From Ferroacidibacillus organovorans (lineage in GTDB: Bacteria; Bacillota; Bacilli; Alicyclobacillales; SLC66): DNA of 32,855 nucleotides. Position numbers and translations under genes: made by a program. Positions 31,701 through 32,855 of the stretch are shown here, in pieces (position 1 is the first letter of the stretch; every line of letters begins with the position of its first letter). The stretch covers positions 1 to 32,855 of the forward strand of contig NZ_LSUQ01000031.1 in assembly GCF_001642725.1 (NCBI RefSeq), written 5' to 3'. The notes beneath the pieces are model-generated. The model worked only from the letters and a program-made list of their open reading frames with translations, was not told the DNA's origin and made no database searches.

Positions 31701-32070
31701 TGCTGGGAACAATCCTATCAGTAATGTGGATCCCACCGGGATGTTAACATGGCAGCAAGCCGAGACAGCAGTTAGAGAAGCCACAGGGGGTATTTCAAAG
31801 GCGTTTCGCTCGCAAGAAACTAACGCTGTGCGGATCGTTGATAGCTATACTGAGGGTGTTGCTTACGAAGTTAAGACTGGCTACACCGTGGCATCGAAAT
31901 TCGTAAGGAAACAAGTTGCGAAAGATGTTCAACTTATGAAGGAGGATGTTGTAAAATCAGTTAAATGGGTATTCACACGGAGCGATAGAACCGGAAAAAT
32001 TGGGCCTAACGATCCTTTAAAAAAGATTCTTGATGAAGGTGGCATTGAGACGGAGTTTCTTGATGGATAG
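25759..32070 (+). CDS. WapA-like Rhs/YD-repeat polymorphic toxin (Sec signal, DNRLRE-like module, three CBM-like modules, Rhs core, putative PD-(D/E)xK nuclease C-terminus)
   Basis: Signal peptide ending ASALA-A; YPVTIDPS; many TDPxG/YxYD repeats; core PFTYRGYVYDSQTGLYYLNARYYNPVTGRFLSEDP...NPISNVDPTG; 109-aa tail with RIVD...YEVKTG...RKQVAKD. Confidence 0.93.
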   Translation: MKSSVVKFSKHTKGFRRYLLAIASAVLFLSPTASALAATVPIVGHDWQANLRAGPPSASVELMQYRTSRSQTFLNPNDSFTTKLYPIPVFYRDASGHWQPINNSLTPNNASKFTNQAGPLHATFPQTLANGAAIAVSPGGNPNEFEMSLIGETETAPATVKGNSISYPNVHPGVDLSYAMQADHVKESIILHSATAPTTFSFLLHAPGITFSQLQDGSIVGKNAQGNSLYTIPAPFMTDAHGAMSKAVTSALSTNSRGDTVLTVSANATWLADPARAYPVTIDPSVSVTPIGSNVMNSSIASGYPTASYDSDSHLYVGYAFGYDILRGLVEFQDLPNLLAGGTSATITNASLYLYQDSASTGGLAVQVLPITQSWQPSSVSYNQQPSVGSVLDTESQATSDVSSSSPYVGDWVFNVTSAIQSEYADQSPNFGLELRAQNESSATTDAWFASGYNATEPLPSLNITYTVNPVGSDAAWMHSSDGVNYAGGNLSLPFVDLNTPGRGPEVSITRTFNSKNLSVNEGFGNGWSSNVLMHLNVSSLPGPILFTDATGAVHVLAPTGVNTWADAGSEHETLTQNSNGTFTLSQLDGMTLQFTSMGQLSAIQQEEQNGSTQSVTFGYTGNQLSTITDASGRIWHVTYNSSGLISQITDPSSRTATYSYDASGNLTSAVTSPASGTTGDVTSTTSYAYSSTNPELTVTDPDGNQTTYDWNSSGVVSSVSRTVEGTTATTSYAWGTVPSGQTDAGDEEVTVTDPVGHTSEYVTNADGNVVETIVNPGGSPSYTTSYTWDGNNDHTGITDPNGHSVQALYNSNGDLTQFTDARGVTSNYAYGSLDNAKGANNSNGATTHAAYNGTLVTDGIDAAGNDTMVTYGQNGNPTAVTAPEGLGNNLIPNSDFALVDPTTSLPMDWENATSGVTVDTNAADAIRGSTSLEINATTAASDRMSQSIAVTAGETYNLSAYIRTSGVTNDQSGYGAGISAFWLNSSGALVSAQYAIMNNTGTVDWTRKYAELTAPAGATQLQLSGALYGAGIVWFDGMQLEPVASSPNLLLNTSFVDNPSGSVMPENWDTSTLRASSDGLDLSNEDNGFPSLLVNGDGAAKSFSQTINAPQYAIGGFLLSGSSKQSGATANYTVTATVTYTDTTTSSMSLTFSDTASGWQTQSVPVPVTSGKTIQSVTVTGDFSNESTGSQAWFNDIKLRVLPQLSSFSAYNFVQNPGFAFNYQGGTLPDDWKDLQTGTGTPSWSQTESYDAQGHSLEIHPGTSGSTEEVANDGLAPYKSYAHYAADGYIHTEGLASDSAYIALQALSSSGGVLATYPSGKVGHSQANSQGNVPWTHVIVDVPAAQLPNGTVSVRVVLCQDADVSGGSGNGNSYFDDIRLSSWDLSTHYAYDSADNYVTSVTDPNGNTTTFTPNANTGFDTSVTDPLGNQTTYTSNKFDETTGTTLPTGATFSYGYDANGNLTSVSDPNGHAVQYGYNALSQVTQYTETVGGTALTTGFHHNGDGQMTEIDNPNTTSTTFGYNAAGQLDSTSYYNSAGLADQWGFSYDGVGNLTQMQENTATSPTTYGYDPNNHLTSVSEPVSGGGADTQQWTLDPSGNPTSIHYQLGSSTGPSWTLSNAYDIASRLTSLQDGNRTQSFEYDDHGNVVKITDEPTGEAQYAQSESFTYDPADHISHVVSLVSNTDLSYTDDADGRVTKITNNLTGASVTFTYNAIGELTQETTWDGRTITYGYDSDGNRTSMSVTQNGTTTTTNYGYDPEQNRLTSITTGSNAAQSVTYDNAGNTLSDGTNTYTWNAANELASVTHAATTYNYTYDGLGRRVTAYGYTYHYNGLSDQIAYITDANNNLVARFSYGANGLPAYMTMVSGGSTYVYRYIYDGQGDVIGLVDVTTGSATVGQEVVTYGYDAWGNEIPSLTTDTSGTNAGTINPFTYRGYVYDSQTGLYYLNARYYNPVTGRFLSEDPIGPNASAVLSYNEYVYAGNNPISNVDPTGMLTWQQAETAVREATGGISKAFRSQETNAVRIVDSYTEGVAYEVKTGYTVASKFVRKQVAKDVQLMKEDVVKSVKWVFTRSDRTGKIGPNDPLKKILDEGGIETEFLDG

Positions 32071-32089
32071 GTTTTAAGGAGTGGGGAAT

Positions 32090-32728
32090 TTGAATGAGAA
32101 AAATAATGGTTCGCGTTTCTATCTACCGTTGAAACCTCCAACAGATAAGAATCTTTTGGAGGTTTCAAAAAAAGGATACGAGGACATGACAAACCAGGAA
32201 GCGAAGAATCTTTCTAGGTGGAAGGTTGACCATCTCTTTCCGGAGCGACTCTCTGTACTGATCGAGGTATGCGAATTCGACGATATTAAATTAGACTTCT
32301 CCATTAGATCTCTTGTTTACGTTTGGGAATGGTTCCTAAAGAATATGAGTTATGCGAATCGTACAGAAGAGGAAATCGGCGATGAAATACGTGTGCTTCC
32401 TGATCCCTTAAGGTCGGTAGTGAATATTGATCGCGTAAAGTTTGACGAAAAAACTTTCACCATGATCTACGATATATCAATTTACTACGGAGAGGTTGTC
32501 ATTCGGCATCATCCAGAGATTTATTGGGGTGTTCTCCTAAAGCGAAAGAGAGATTTCAACTATCACAAGACTGTTTTAATGAGTTCCAAACGTGACTTGA
32601 GTTTTAATACAATTAACATGGTGAATGTACTTGCAGGGAAGGCAAAAGATGGGAACCTAAACCGATTTGCCCTTTTGGATCACTACACTATGTACAGAGA
32701 AACGGGAGTATATGCGAAACTGGATTGA
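32090..32728 (+). CDS. Putative cognate immunity protein of the Rhs toxin
   Basis: Starts 19 nt after the toxin stop on the same strand (TTG after AAGGAG); AT-rich like the toxin tip; no signal peptide; no family recognised. Confidence 0.7.
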   Translation: MNEKNNGSRFYLPLKPPTDKNLLEVSKKGYEDMTNQEAKNLSRWKVDHLFPERLSVLIEVCEFDDIKLDFSIRSLVYVWEWFLKNMSYANRTEEEIGDEIRVLPDPLRSVVNIDRVKFDEKTFTMIYDISIYYGEVVIRHHPEIYWGVLLKRKRDFNYHKTVLMSSKRDLSFNTINMVNVLAGKAKDGNLNRFALLDHYTMYRETGVYAKLD

Positions 32729-32783
32729 CAATCCGACAATGCGGGTTAGCAGAGCTGCAAACGGCTTAATTGGCCCGAATACG

Positions 32784-32855
32784 CCAGTTGAGTCCGTATA
32801 ATTGGTGTAAATTCAGTAAACGCACTGGGTGACATAATGTAGAAGTGCCACCTCG
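32784..32855 (+). mobile_element. Terminal fragment (probable left end) of an IS256-family insertion sequence, truncated by the window edge
   Basis: CCAGTTGAGTCCGTATAATTGGTGTAAATTCAGTAAACGCACTGGGTGACATAATGTAGAAGTGCCACCTCG, an inverted near-copy of 1-72. Confidence 0.7.

Overview
A 32.9-kb Bacillota (Bacillales) chromosomal segment; the GC-rich core and the Lys-poor secreted protein suggest an Alicyclobacillaceae-like acidophile, which is inference. The conserved core runs tRNA-Arg(CCG), L,D-transpeptidase, comER-like, rpoN/sigL, cggR-gapA-pgk-tpiA-gpmI-eno (with a textbook CggR operator), three MFS transporters, secG, an uncharacterised membrane-anchored beta-helix protein, rnr, a PfkB sugar kinase, pckA, smpB and tmRNA. 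Accessory DNA lies on both sides. Left of the tRNA 3' end are a LysE exporter and a MerR regulator with a 19-bp-spacer promoter. Right of tmRNA is a 2103-aa Sec-exported WapA-like Rhs polymorphic toxin with three carbohydrate-binding-like modules inserted in the YD shell, a PD-(D/E)xK-like C-terminal toxin and a downstream immunity candidate. The first 72 bp and last 72 bp of the window are near-identical inverted copies of what looks like an IS256-family left end, so the whole block is bracketed by an inverted IS pair. Other notable points: cggR appears to need a non-canonical ATC start, sugar MFS genes are appended to the glycolytic operon, and a 20-bp tandem duplication spans the smpB stop codon. 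I see no CRISPR array, integrase or clearly unprecedented multi-gene system; the Rhs locus and the inverted IS brackets are the best leads.
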